Source of the DNA: Clostridia bacterium
GTDB lineage: Bacteria; Bacillota; Clostridia; Christensenellales; CAG-917
Direction: 5' to 3'
DNA length: 64,000 nucleotides
Assembly: GCA_045613765.1 (NCBI GenBank)
Contig: JAZLBO010000012.1
Location: 674-64,673, forward strand
The translations under genes and the position numbers were made by a program. Numbering within the stretch: the first letter of the stretch is position 1; the number at the start of each line of letters is the position of its first letter. Shown here one piece after another: positions 29,636 to 38,678 of the stretch. Below the pieces are notes generated by a model. It had not been told where the DNA came from. It searched no databases and saw nothing but the letters and a program-made list of their open reading frames with translations.

Positions 29636-29915
29636 TGGCAATTTTTGTGGTTCATTATTGGGATTAACTGATATTTTACGGTGTTTTTGACGTTATTTTG
29701 ATCGGTTATCTAACTTAAGTTTTGGCAAAATTGATTGGTTTTTACTGGTAAATTTTGCAGCTATATTTGTGGCATTTTTATTAGCAAAATTGTTGGAATT
29801 ATATAAGGATTTTAAGTGGTAAAACAAGGTGTAAACTAAATGGCAATTTGATTGGCAAAATCCCACGTAAAAGATATGGGAAAATTAGGTATATAAACCA
29901 TAGAAAATTATATGG
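29636..29915 (+). repeat. Phased degenerate 15-nt motif (consensus roughly TGGCAAAATTGATTGG), 5 copies
   Basis: Copies: 29636 TGGCAATTTTTGTGG; 29723 TGGCAAAATTGATTGG; 29782 TAGCAAAATTGTTGG; 29841 TGGCAATTTGATTGG; 29901 TAGAAAATTATATGG. The last four are spaced 59, 59 and 60 bp apart. Confidence 0.5.
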
Positions 29916-30202
29916 AAAACTGTATGAGTTTATATATGGTATTTAATGTAAATTGCGAAAAAATCATCACAAAACAAAGATTAAAATCAATGCAAGAAAT
30001 AAAACCAAAAATATAAAAAATTGCAAAAATCAATTTATAATGAATCTTACTACGGCAAAATTGCAAAAAATAATATTTTTCAAAAATGCTCTAAAAATGC
30101 CATTTTTCGCCCCTTTCTATGCGTAAAACCTGTATTTTACGAATAGTTTGAAATGGATTTATGTTCTATTGTTTGCAGGAAAAAATGGCTTTGAAACTGT
30201 TT

Positions 30203-30240
30203 TATAAAACAAAAAGCAACTTGCCTTCTGTCAAGTTGCT
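30203..30240 (-). terminator. Rho-independent terminator of the nfo-like gene
   Basis: On the - strand: AGCAACTTG-ACAGAAGG-CAAGTTGCT followed by TTTTGTTTTAT. It lies about 85 nt downstream of the stop at 30325. Confidence 0.7.
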
Positions 30241-30324
30241 TGCTTTGATACTTGTATTCATTAGAATTTGTTTTTGTTTGTTTTACTTTATTGTCAAACG
30301 AATACGTGTGTATATTTGATCAAA

Positions 30325-31200
30325 TTATTTGTTGATTACTCTGCTTTGCCATATCTTCTTCATTGTGACTGCATCATCACTTTGTGTGCCTGCAGATTCA
30401 CTTAAGATATGAGGTGTAAGTCCGTTTTTGACAATAACTTCTGCAAATGCGTCAAATTCTGGACCATAAACGTTGTCTTCAAAGGTCAAATGCTTGATTT
30501 CTCCCTTAGGGCCATATTGGATTTTGCTGAAATGCACGTGCATGTTCCTTGTCTTCACTTCCCCAAGTCCATCAAACATTTTGTCAACTATGCATTGGAA
30601 ATCGTCTTGATTTTTGAGATTGCCACCATAAAGCGCATTGACGTGTCCAAAATCTATGCAAGGATAAACATTTTCTCCAAGTTTGCAAAGGTCAATGACT
30701 TCTTCTACCGTGCCGATCTGTGCAGATTTGCCCATGGTTTCTGGGCAAACAAGCATATCATCAAGTCCTTGAGCCTTGATTTCATCAAGGGCTCGTGCAA
30801 ACGCATCTTTTGCCCTTGCATAAGCCTCGTTTCTTGGCTTGCCACCTTCAGAACCTGTGTGAAATACACATCTATTGCCTTTGAGTGCACGTAGTGCCCT
30901 AAGTGATGCAACAAGATAACCTATTGAATTGTCAACTTTTTCAGGTTCTACTGATGCAAGTGAGATAAAATAAGGTGCATGTACACTTATTTCAATGTTA
31001 TGTTTTGATGCCTCGTCTCCAATTTTGCTTGCAGTTGCCTCTGTAAGACGGACGCCTTTGCCAAAGGAATATTCAAAGAGTTCAAGCCCAAGATTTGCCA
31101 CCCATTTGGGCATATCTATTGTTGCAGAAAACTCCTCCAAAAATTTTTCAGAGTGTCCAGATGGTCCAAAAAGTGGTGTGTTGTTGCTTTCGTATTTCAT
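30325..31200 (-). CDS. AP endonuclease family 2 / deoxyribonuclease IV-like TIM-barrel protein
   Basis: 291 aa. Metal-ligand-type motifs ISVHAPYFISL, CVFHTG, CIDFGH and HVHFS, as in Nfo-like xylose-isomerase-fold proteins. Confidence 0.65.
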   Translation of the reverse strand: MKYESNNTPLFGPSGHSEKFLEEFSATIDMPKWVANLGLELFEYSFGKGVRLTEATASKIGDEASKHNIEISVHAPYFISLASVEPEKVDNSIGYLVASLRALRALKGNRCVFHTGSEGGKPRNEAYARAKDAFARALDEIKAQGLDDMLVCPETMGKSAQIGTVEEVIDLCKLGENVYPCIDFGHVNALYGGNLKNQDDFQCIVDKMFDGLGEVKTRNMHVHFSKIQYGPKGEIKHLTFEDNVYGPEFDAFAEVIVKNGLTPHILSESAGTQSDDAVTMKKIWQSRVINK

Positions 31201-31228
31201 AATTCACTTGGTTAGATATTCGTTTTTG

Positions 31229-32134
31229 TTAAATTGAGAAATATGTTCTTGTTTCTTTCTCGTCTTGTTTCATTTGATTGCAAAGTGCAGGCACTGACGT
31301 AAATTTGACAATATCACGTATCTTTTTGAAGAACTCTACTTTTATGATTTTACCGTATATATCTTTGTTGAAGTCAAGGATATATGTTTCAATTGTCCTA
31401 TTGAGTTCATTGAAGGTGGGTTTTGCACCAACATTGGTTATGCTAAGATATGATTTGCCATCAATATACACCTTTGTGATATATATTCCCGATGCAATTT
31501 GTGTGCGATCTTCACTTTCTGCAACATTGGCAGTTGGAAAACCTATGATTGATCCACGGCTTCTGCCATGCACAACTTCCCCAATCATAAAATATGGTTG
31601 AGCAAGCAAAGTGTTTGCCACTTGCACATTGCCTTCTTCTATAAACTTTTTGATATGTCTTGTGGAAATTTTTTGTGAATTAACTTTTTCGAAAGGCAAA
31701 ATTTTGACTTTGATACCTTTCTTATAAAGGTATTCCTTCAAAAATGCAACATTGCCTTCTGCATTTTTTCCAAAGGTGTAGTCCTTGCCTGCAACAACCC
31801 CGACAATGTTGTACTGGTTTGTTATATTGTCAAGATATTCCAAGGGGCTTTGCTCTGCAAATTCCTTTGTAAAACGTTCTGCAATGATGTTGTCTATGCC
31901 AATATTTTCAAAAATGCTCTTTCTTTCTTCAAATGTGTAGATTTGTTTGCTTTTGTTCAAAAGTGCATTGGGATCATTGGAAAAAGTACAAATTGCCGTT
32001 TCGCACTTCATACTCAAAGCCATTTTTTTAGTTTCGTTGACAAGAGCAAGATGACCGACGTGAACGCAGTCAAAAAAACCGAGAGCCAAAACTATTGGCT
32101 TGTTGTATTGCTCTTTATCACAAATAACGTTCAT
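31229..32134 (-). CDS. ribF: Bifunctional riboflavin kinase / FMN adenylyltransferase
   Basis: 301 aa. N-terminal nucleotidyltransferase GFFDCVHVGH and C-terminal kinase GFPTAN...GAKPTF. Follows truB, as in B. subtilis truB-ribC. Confidence 0.92.
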   Translation of the reverse strand: MNVICDKEQYNKPIVLALGFFDCVHVGHLALVNETKKMALSMKCETAICTFSNDPNALLNKSKQIYTFEERKSIFENIGIDNIIAERFTKEFAEQSPLEYLDNITNQYNIVGVVAGKDYTFGKNAEGNVAFLKEYLYKKGIKVKILPFEKVNSQKISTRHIKKFIEEGNVQVANTLLAQPYFMIGEVVHGRSRGSIIGFPTANVAESEDRTQIASGIYITKVYIDGKSYLSITNVGAKPTFNELNRTIETYILDFNKDIYGKIIKVEFFKKIRDIVKFTSVPALCNQMKQDEKETRTYFSI

Positions 32135-32135
32135 A

Positions 32136-33002
32136 TTATAACCTCAATGTGAGAACAAGTTTTCCACATTTATTTTCTGCTATGGCAACCACTTTTCCAT
32201 CTATTGTTGCCACAAAAGTGTCATTTGGCATATTGTCAAATGGCAAAATTATGCCATTTAGCACTTGTTTTCTATATTCGATTGGGATTTCAAAGAAAGG
32301 CAAAAATGAAAGAGCCTGTTCCATAGGAATTAAATGAACAAAAGGATTTTGTTCAAATTCTTTGATATCCACAGAGTTTTCCAAATTGAACAAGCCACTT
32401 TGGGTGCGTACAAGTGAATTCATATACGCATAAGTTCCAAGTGCTTTTGCAATATCTCTTGCGATTGCTCGGATATACGTGCCTGCACCACAAGTGATTT
32501 CAAAACGGAAATGATTGTCTTCTCCGTCAATGAGTTTAATATCATAGATTGTCACAGATTTGGCAGGAAGATCCAATTCTATACCTTTGCGAGCATATTC
32601 GTATGCTCTTTTGCCGTCAACTGACTTGGCAGAATATATAGGGGGAATTTGGTCGATATTGCCAATAAGTGATGGCAAAACCCTCTGAATTTCCTCTTTT
32701 GTGACAACGTTGTTGTCACGAGCAACTTCTTCGCCCCAAGCATCAAGAGTGTCTGTTGTGCTTCCAAAGATAAATTCTGCAATATATGTCTTACGCTTTT
32801 CGCTTAACAAATTAAACAGTCTTGTTGCCTTGCCTATTGCCACAGGAAGAACACCTGTTGCCATAGGATCAAGAGTGCCCATGTGTCCAACTTTGTGCTT
32901 TTCACCAGTAATACGGCGCATTATTCCACGTACAACAACCACGGCATCACTTGATGTCATGTTTTGATGCTTGTTGATGTTGACAAAAGCGCAAATACTC
33001 AT
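32136..33002 (-). CDS. truB: tRNA pseudouridine(55) synthase TruB
   Basis: 288 aa with the catalytic motif KVGHMGTLDPMATGVLPVAIGKATR. Confidence 0.93.
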   Translation of the reverse strand: MSICAFVNINKHQNMTSSDAVVVVRGIMRRITGEKHKVGHMGTLDPMATGVLPVAIGKATRLFNLLSEKRKTYIAEFIFGSTTDTLDAWGEEVARDNNVVTKEEIQRVLPSLIGNIDQIPPIYSAKSVDGKRAYEYARKGIELDLPAKSVTIYDIKLIDGEDNHFRFEITCGAGTYIRAIARDIAKALGTYAYMNSLVRTQSGLFNLENSVDIKEFEQNPFVHLIPMEQALSFLPFFEIPIEYRKQVLNGIILPFDNMPNDTFVATIDGKVVAIAENKCGKLVLTLRL

Positions 33003-33970
33003 AGTCTATCTCTTGCCACCTTCAAAAGTTTGTCAACGATATCTTCGTAGTAGCCGTTGAGTCTGCAACCTGATGCTTTGTCGTGTCCACCACCACCAAA
33101 TTCGCGTGCAATGTCGCTTGCATCAATGTTGTCTTTTGTGCGAATCATAATTTTGTATGATTTTGGGGACGCCTCGGATATTGCATAGGCAACTTTGACT
33201 GTGTCAATATCAATGACTTTGACGATTGTGCCAAGGGTGTCATTGAGTGATGTGCCTGTTTCTTTGAAATCGTTTTCAAGGAAGGTTATTATTGCAATTT
33301 GGTTGTCTTCAAAAAATTTACACTTGGTTAGAACTCTATTTTCAAGCATAAATTTGTTTTTTGTCACCTTTTTGAAGACGTTGTAAATAACTTTGCCTGC
33401 ATCAAAACCATATCCCATAAGTTCGCTTGCGATTGTGTGGGTTGATACAGTTACTGACGGAAATTGGAAACAACCGCTGTCAGTGATTATCCCTGCAAAA
33501 AGCAGTTCGGCAATATCTTTTGTCATAAGCCCCATGGCCTTCAAAAGACGATAAATGATTTCTGCGCAAGCAGAAACCTCAATATCAACAACGGATATAT
33601 CAGCAAATTTCCTGTGAGTTTTGTGATGGTCAATGGCAATCTTCACTTTTGATGAAAGATATGATTTCATACCATTGCCCACTCTTTCCAAACTGTCACA
33701 GTCCACTGCTATTGACAAATCGTGAACCTTTTTTTCAGGAAGAGTCACAGTTTCTGCACCGTTTAATACACAGAGTGTATTAGGGACAGGATCAACTGAA
33801 TATACGTCAACGTTTTTACCAAGGCTCAAAAGTGCAAGACGAAGTGCAAGAGCGCAAGACAAAGTGTCACAATCTGGATTTACGTGTGTGTAAATTGACA
33901 CAGATTGTGCCTTTGCAATTTCTCTTTCAATGAGATTAAACTTCTCTTGTTCCTTTTGAATCATTGGCAA
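32999..33970 (-). CDS. nrnA: DHH-family phosphoesterase (NrnA-type oligoribonuclease / pAp phosphatase)
   Basis: 323 aa. DHH motifs HVNPDCD, AIDHH and the C-terminal GGGGH. Confidence 0.8.
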   Translation of the reverse strand: MPMIQKEQEKFNLIEREIAKAQSVSIYTHVNPDCDTLSCALALRLALLSLGKNVDVYSVDPVPNTLCVLNGAETVTLPEKKVHDLSIAVDCDSLERVGNGMKSYLSSKVKIAIDHHKTHRKFADISVVDIEVSACAEIIYRLLKAMGLMTKDIAELLFAGIITDSGCFQFPSVTVSTHTIASELMGYGFDAGKVIYNVFKKVTKNKFMLENRVLTKCKFFEDNQIAIITFLENDFKETGTSLNDTLGTIVKVIDIDTVKVAYAISEASPKSYKIMIRTKDNIDASDIAREFGGGGHDKASGCRLNGYYEDIVDKLLKVARDRL

Positions 33971-33977
33971 ATATAAT

Positions 33978-34355
33978 TTATTCCTCGTCGGTTTCTTCTT
34001 CTGCAGGAGGAATTACCATAGTTGACAAAATCTTGTCAATGTGCATACCGTAGTCACAACTATTGTCAATGACAAAGTGAAGTTCAGGCATCAAACGGAT
34101 TTGAACTGAATCTTTCATTTTGTTGCGAATAAATGATCTACTTCTCACCACTGTATCAAAGGCTTCTTTTTTCTTTTCATCACTGTCTGCATATACAGAA
34201 AGATGAACCTTTGCATACTTAAGGTCGGGAGTGGTGTGCACATTTGTCACGCTAACGATTGCCCCTTGAAGTCTGGGGTCTTTGATATCGTTAGCGATGA
34301 CTTTTGCTATTTGACGTTGAAGTTCGCCATTGACTCGTTCAATACGTACTTTCAT
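33978..34355 (-). CDS. rbfA: 30S ribosome-binding factor RbfA
   Basis: 125 aa with the N-terminus RIERVNGELQRQIAKVI...DPRL. Follows infB. Confidence 0.92.
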   Translation of the reverse strand: MKVRIERVNGELQRQIAKVIANDIKDPRLQGAIVSVTNVHTTPDLKYAKVHLSVYADSDEKKKEAFDTVVRSRSFIRNKMKDSVQIRLMPELHFVIDNSCDYGMHIDKILSTMVIPPAEEETDEE

Positions 34356-37069
34356 TAGATTTGCTCCAATTGATATGCTTCGATAACGTCACCGACTTTG
34401 ACATCGGGATAATTGTGAAGCATGATACCACAGTCGTAGTTTCTTGCGATTTCCTTGACGTCGTCTTTTCCGTGACGGAGTGATGCGATTTCTGTATCTG
34501 CTTCAACCTTGCCGTTGCGGATAAGTCTTGCACGTGCTGTACGGAGAATCTTGCCGTCTGTACAGTGGCAACCTGCGATTGTGCCAACACCTGAAATCTT
34601 GAAGATTTCACGGACATCTGCACTGCCGAGTACGACTTCTTTGTACTTGGGTGCGAGCATACCCTTGACTGCTGCTTCGATATCTTCGATTGCCTTATAA
34701 ATGACATTGTAGAAACGGATGTCAATCTTTCTTTGTGCTGCAAGTGTCTTTGCATTTGCATCGGGACGGACGTTGAAGCCAATGATGATTGCCTTTGCAG
34801 TGTCTGCAAGTGAAACGTCACTTTCATTGATTGCGCCTACGCCACCATGGATAATTTCGATGTTGACTTCTTCGTTGCCGAGTTTGCCAAGTGATTGCTT
34901 GACTGCTTCGAGTGAGCCTTGTACGTCTGCTTTGATGATGAGTTTGACTGTTTTGAGTTCGCCTTTTGAAATCTTGTCAAACAAATCGTCAAGGTTGACT
35001 GCTTCGCTTGTGTCGTCTTTCTTTGAAAGTTTAAGTTTTCTTTCATTTGCAAGATCTCTTGCAAAACGATCACTTTCAACAACGTCCATAATGTCGCCTG
35101 CTTCGGGAAGTTCATCCCAGCCAGTGACTGAAACGGGAATTGAAGGACCTGCTTTCTTGACTTGCTTGCCCTTGTCGTCAATCATAACCTTAACTCTACC
35201 TGTTGCAGTGCCTGCGATCATATCGTCACCACAGCAGAGTGTACCAGATTGAACAAGGACTGTTGCGATCTTGCCAAGACCTTTGTCCATTCTTGCTTCA
35301 ATGATTGTACCACGTGCCTTGAGATTGGGATTTGCCTTGAGTTCTCTAATTTCTGCAAGGATAAGGACGTTTTCAAGAAGTGATTCAACGCCTTCACCTG
35401 TCTTTGCAGATACGTTGACGACGGGAGTTTCGCCACCCCAAATTTCGGGGAGCAAACCGTGTTCTGTCAATTGATTGAGCACTCTATCGGGGTTTGCACT
35501 GACTTTGTCAATCTTGTTGCAAGCAACGATAATAGGAACGTTTGCTTGTCTTGCGTGGTTGATTGCTTCAATTGTTTGAGGCATGATGCCGTCATCTGCT
35601 GCCACAACCAAGATTGCAATGTCTGTTGCTTGTGCGCCTCTTGCACGCATTGTTGTAAATGCTTCGTGACCGGGGGTGTCAAGGAAAGTAATGGGATTTC
35701 CGTTGAGTGAGATTGTGTATGCACCGATATGTTGTGTGATGCCACCTGCTTCCCCACTTGTTACGTTTGCTTTACGGATATAGTCCAAAAGTGATGTCTT
35801 ACCGTGGTCAACGTGACCCATGATACAGACAACGGGAGGACGTGTCACAAGACCACCTTGTGCTGCTTGTTTTTCACGGATTGCAGTAAGTTCGTCTTCG
35901 TGAGTTGTTTCGGGACGGTATTCAAGAGTGATAGGATGATCTTTGCTGATTTCTGCTGTAACAAGTTCTGCAGTTTCAAAGTCAATGCTACCATTGATGT
36001 TTTTGATGATACCAAGAAGGAACAATGTGCTGATAATTTCTGCACCTGTTTTGCCGATCTTTTCACTGAGGACTTTGATGGGGACGGGATCTGTGGTAAT
36101 AACTGCGTGGTCAATGACGATTGCGTTTTGTTGTGATTGACCCTTTTGCTTATTGGCAGATTTGTGTCCACGTACTTTGAAGTCTTCGTCATCAGTCATT
36201 GCTCTTGTTTCGTCAACGATATAACCACGCTTCATCAATTGATACTTGTTTGCACCGGTTTCTGTAAACTTCTTTGAGCCGTCATTAACCTTTCCACCCT
36301 TGCTGCGTTGTTGATTTTGCTTGGGAGGAAATTGTTGTGCAGCGTTTTGCAATGAAACGTTGTTTTGACCAACTTGTTGGTTGGGACGAGGACCATTATT
36401 ATTTTGAGGCTTGCGATCATTTGCACTTGCTTGAGGATTTTGTCCTTGGGGACGTCCTGCTCGGGGTGCTCTTGTATCGTATCCACCGGGGAAAACTCTT
36501 GTTTCTGTCTTCTTGGGTTTTTCAGGGGGGATATATTGCTCTCTTTCTGTTCCGTCAGAGTACTTGATTTTCCAAACGTTGGGTTTGCCTGTTGCAGTTC
36601 TCTCTATTTCTACAGGTTGGGAGGGTTGTTGTTTTTTTGGTTGAGAGGGTTTTTCTGCTTTTTCAGGCTTTTCAACCTTTTCGGCTTTTTCCACTTTCTT
36701 GGATTGTGTCTTCACTTCCTTTGTGGGAAGTTTTGTTTGTTCTTGTTCGAGCATAGCATCGAGAAGTTGATCCATCTTCTTCATTTGGGCATCTTCTTTG
36801 AGAGCCTTTTTGATGTCTTCTTCTGTATCTACTTCGATTGTTTCAGCAACTTCAGGGACAAGGACTTCTTCTGCCTTTTCTTGTTCTCTTTCCTTTTCAA
36901 GAGCGATTTCACGAAGTTGAGCAATCTTTGCTTTGATTGAATTTTTGAGTGTCAAAGCACGATTTTTTTCTTGTGAAACCTCTTGCATAAGTGATGCAAG
37001 TTTATCTCCCTTGTAGTTGTGCAACAATTTAATGTTTTCTTGGGGATTAATTGTTTTGTTTTCGGCCAT
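34355..37069 (-). CDS. infB: Translation initiation factor IF-2
   Basis: 904 aa. G-domain motifs GHVDHGKT, DTPGH and NKID. Low-complexity K/E/P/Q-rich N-terminal region. Confidence 0.97.
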   Translation of the reverse strand: MAENKTINPQENIKLLHNYKGDKLASLMQEVSQEKNRALTLKNSIKAKIAQLREIALEKEREQEKAEEVLVPEVAETIEVDTEEDIKKALKEDAQMKKMDQLLDAMLEQEQTKLPTKEVKTQSKKVEKAEKVEKPEKAEKPSQPKKQQPSQPVEIERTATGKPNVWKIKYSDGTEREQYIPPEKPKKTETRVFPGGYDTRAPRAGRPQGQNPQASANDRKPQNNNGPRPNQQVGQNNVSLQNAAQQFPPKQNQQRSKGGKVNDGSKKFTETGANKYQLMKRGYIVDETRAMTDDEDFKVRGHKSANKQKGQSQQNAIVIDHAVITTDPVPIKVLSEKIGKTGAEIISTLFLLGIIKNINGSIDFETAELVTAEISKDHPITLEYRPETTHEDELTAIREKQAAQGGLVTRPPVVCIMGHVDHGKTSLLDYIRKANVTSGEAGGITQHIGAYTISLNGNPITFLDTPGHEAFTTMRARGAQATDIAILVVAADDGIMPQTIEAINHARQANVPIIVACNKIDKVSANPDRVLNQLTEHGLLPEIWGGETPVVNVSAKTGEGVESLLENVLILAEIRELKANPNLKARGTIIEARMDKGLGKIATVLVQSGTLCCGDDMIAGTATGRVKVMIDDKGKQVKKAGPSIPVSVTGWDELPEAGDIMDVVESDRFARDLANERKLKLSKKDDTSEAVNLDDLFDKISKGELKTVKLIIKADVQGSLEAVKQSLGKLGNEEVNIEIIHGGVGAINESDVSLADTAKAIIIGFNVRPDANAKTLAAQRKIDIRFYNVIYKAIEDIEAAVKGMLAPKYKEVVLGSADVREIFKISGVGTIAGCHCTDGKILRTARARLIRNGKVEADTEIASLRHGKDDVKEIARNYDCGIMLHNYPDVKVGDVIEAYQLEQI

Positions 37070-37071
37070 AT

Positions 37072-37362
37072 TTACCTCAAATTATCAAGAATTGCGTTGC
37101 CAAGACCACTATCAGTGATGCCAATGGCAAGCACTTGTTCACGATGAACGGCAGACGTGACGCCTTCAATTACAAAAGCAGGTGTATTTGTGCATTTTGA
37201 CATGAGCCTACTCTTGTACTTTTCGGTTGCGCCTTCGTCAATTAGTACTACCACACAAGAATTTAGTCTTTCGGAGATTTTGTCTTCACCAAGCAAAATC
37301 CTACCACTGCGCATTGCAAGGCCAATATACGATTTAATTTTGGATTTGTTTTCTAAGTTCAT
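37072..37362 (-). CDS. ylxQ: L7Ae-family RNA-binding protein YlxQ
   Basis: Start set at the ATG at 37362 (MNLENKSKIKSYIGLAMRSGRILLGED...), by comparison with B. subtilis YlxQ (GLANRARKVVSGED). Overlaps ylxR by 29 nt. Confidence 0.75.
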   Translation of the reverse strand: MNLENKSKIKSYIGLAMRSGRILLGEDKISERLNSCVVVLIDEGATEKYKSRLMSKCTNTPAFVIEGVTSAVHREQVLAIGITDSGLGNAILDNLR

Positions 37363-37594
37363 CGTACACTTCCTTTGCCACACCTTGCTTGAAAGCCACA
37401 TTGAGTGAAAACTTTTTAATGCAAGTTTCAATGCATTTTGCATTGTTGTGGACGTATGCGCCCCTTCCGTCCATTTTTCCGGTTTTGTCTATCACAATAC
37501 CATTTTCTGTTTTTACAAGACGGATAAGGTCAGACTTGTCTGCGTGTTCTCTACACACACAGCATCTTCTTGTGTTCTTGGGATTATTCGGCAT
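37334..37594 (-). CDS. ylxR: YlxR (DUF448) RNA-binding protein
   Basis: 86 aa with RRCCVCRE...DGRGAYV, between nusA and ylxQ. Confidence 0.88.
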   Translation of the reverse strand: MPNNPKNTRRCCVCREHADKSDLIRLVKTENGIVIDKTGKMDGRGAYVHNNAKCIETCIKKFSLNVAFKQGVAKEVYDELRKQIQN

Positions 37595-38669
37595 CTTCTT
37601 CCTCGGTTTTCAAACTTGATGCGGGCTTGACGTCTATCTTCCAGCCAGTAAGTTTTGCTGCAAGACGTGCGTTTTGACCGTTTCTACCGATTGCAAGACT
37701 GAGTTTTTCATCACTGACGATAACTCTTGCACGTTTTTCTTCTTCGGTGATTGAAACCATGTGAACTTGTGCAGGACTGAGTGCGCGTGCGATATATTCA
37801 ATAGGATCTGCGCAGTATTCAACTACGTCGATCTTTTCGCCACCGAGTTCTTGGACTACTTCGTTGACACGGATACCCTTATTACCAATACATGCACCAA
37901 CTGCATCTACATTGGGGTCATCACTGTAAACTGCGATCTTTGTACGGAAACCTGCTTCACGGACGCAACCTGCGATCTTCACAAGGCCTGCCTTGATTTC
38001 GGGGACTTCAAGCTCGAAAAGTCTTCTTACGAAACCTGATGATGCTCTGGACACCAAAACTTGTGCGCCCTTGAAAGTTTCACGGATTTTCTTCACGTAA
38101 ACCTTGATCATATCATTGAGGTTGTAAGTTTCTGTGGGAACTTGGTCAACTTGCATCATGACACCTTCCATTTGTGTGCCACTGATTTCAACGTAAACGT
38201 TGTTGCCTTCTTTTCTACGGACGATTGCACCGACGATTTCGCCTTGTTTTTCGTTCATTTCGTTAAGGATATACTCTTTCTTTGCATCGTTTATGCGTTG
38301 CATAACAACTTGTCTTGCAGTTTGTGCTGCAATACGGCTGAAATCCTTGGGAGTGATGTCTTCGACGATAACTTCACCGACTTTTGCATTTTCCTTGATT
38401 TCAAGGGCTTCTTCCAGTGAAATTTCACTTGCTTCGTCTTCGACTTCTTCAACGATAAGACGGTGTGCATAGACTTTGATTGTACCCTTTTCTTCGTTAA
38501 GACGGACTGCGATTGTTCTTGATTCGCCAAATTCCTTCTTGTATGCAGATACAAGTCCTGATTCCAATGCTTCAAGCATAACTTCTTTTGAAATCTTGGT
38601 AACTTTTTCAAGTTCTTCAAGAGCGGGGAAGAAATCTGCTGTGAAGTCTTCTTTTACTTTCTTTGCCAT
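37584..38669 (-). CDS. nusA: Transcription termination/antitermination factor NusA
   Basis: 361 aa with N-terminal, S1 and two KH domains (ACIGNKGIRV, AIGRNGQNARLAAKLTGWKIDV). Confidence 0.96.
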   Translation of the reverse strand: MAKKVKEDFTADFFPALEELEKVTKISKEVMLEALESGLVSAYKKEFGESRTIAVRLNEEKGTIKVYAHRLIVEEVEDEASEISLEEALEIKENAKVGEVIVEDITPKDFSRIAAQTARQVVMQRINDAKKEYILNEMNEKQGEIVGAIVRRKEGNNVYVEISGTQMEGVMMQVDQVPTETYNLNDMIKVYVKKIRETFKGAQVLVSRASSGFVRRLFELEVPEIKAGLVKIAGCVREAGFRTKIAVYSDDPNVDAVGACIGNKGIRVNEVVQELGGEKIDVVEYCADPIEYIARALSPAQVHMVSITEEEKRARVIVSDEKLSLAIGRNGQNARLAAKLTGWKIDVKPASSLKTEEEDAE

Positions 38670-38678
38670 GTGGTCCTC

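Noticed and set aside
29636-29960. Possible degenerate CRISPR array (period of about 59-60 bp)
   Set aside because: The repeated element is only about 15 nt and imperfect, the sequences between copies are not clearly unique spacers, no leader or cas genes are nearby, and the period is shorter than in typical arrays.
29819-30169. Candidate dif (XerCD) sites in the AT-rich region
   Set aside because: There are only partial matches to the conserved XerD arm (GTGTAAACT, TTAATGTAAAT, TTATGTTCTAT). None has a matching XerC arm at the right 6-bp spacing.
30185-30319. 44-codon ORF (MALKLFYKTKSNLPSVKLLALILVFIRICFCLFYFIVKRIRVYI) with a weak AGGA upstream
   Set aside because: It runs straight through the nfo-like terminator hairpin in T-rich sequence, where hydrophobic frames arise by chance. 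There is no supporting promoter. It is worth only a glance in Ribo-seq data.
34355-37069. Many long antisense or alternate-frame ORFs inside infB (e.g. 36365..36940, 34719..35252, 34339..34827), and likewise inside pheT, mutS, mutL, recN and recG
   Set aside because: They are shadow ORFs fully nested in strongly supported genes, with low-complexity Ser/Leu/Cys/Phe-rich translations and no start signals.
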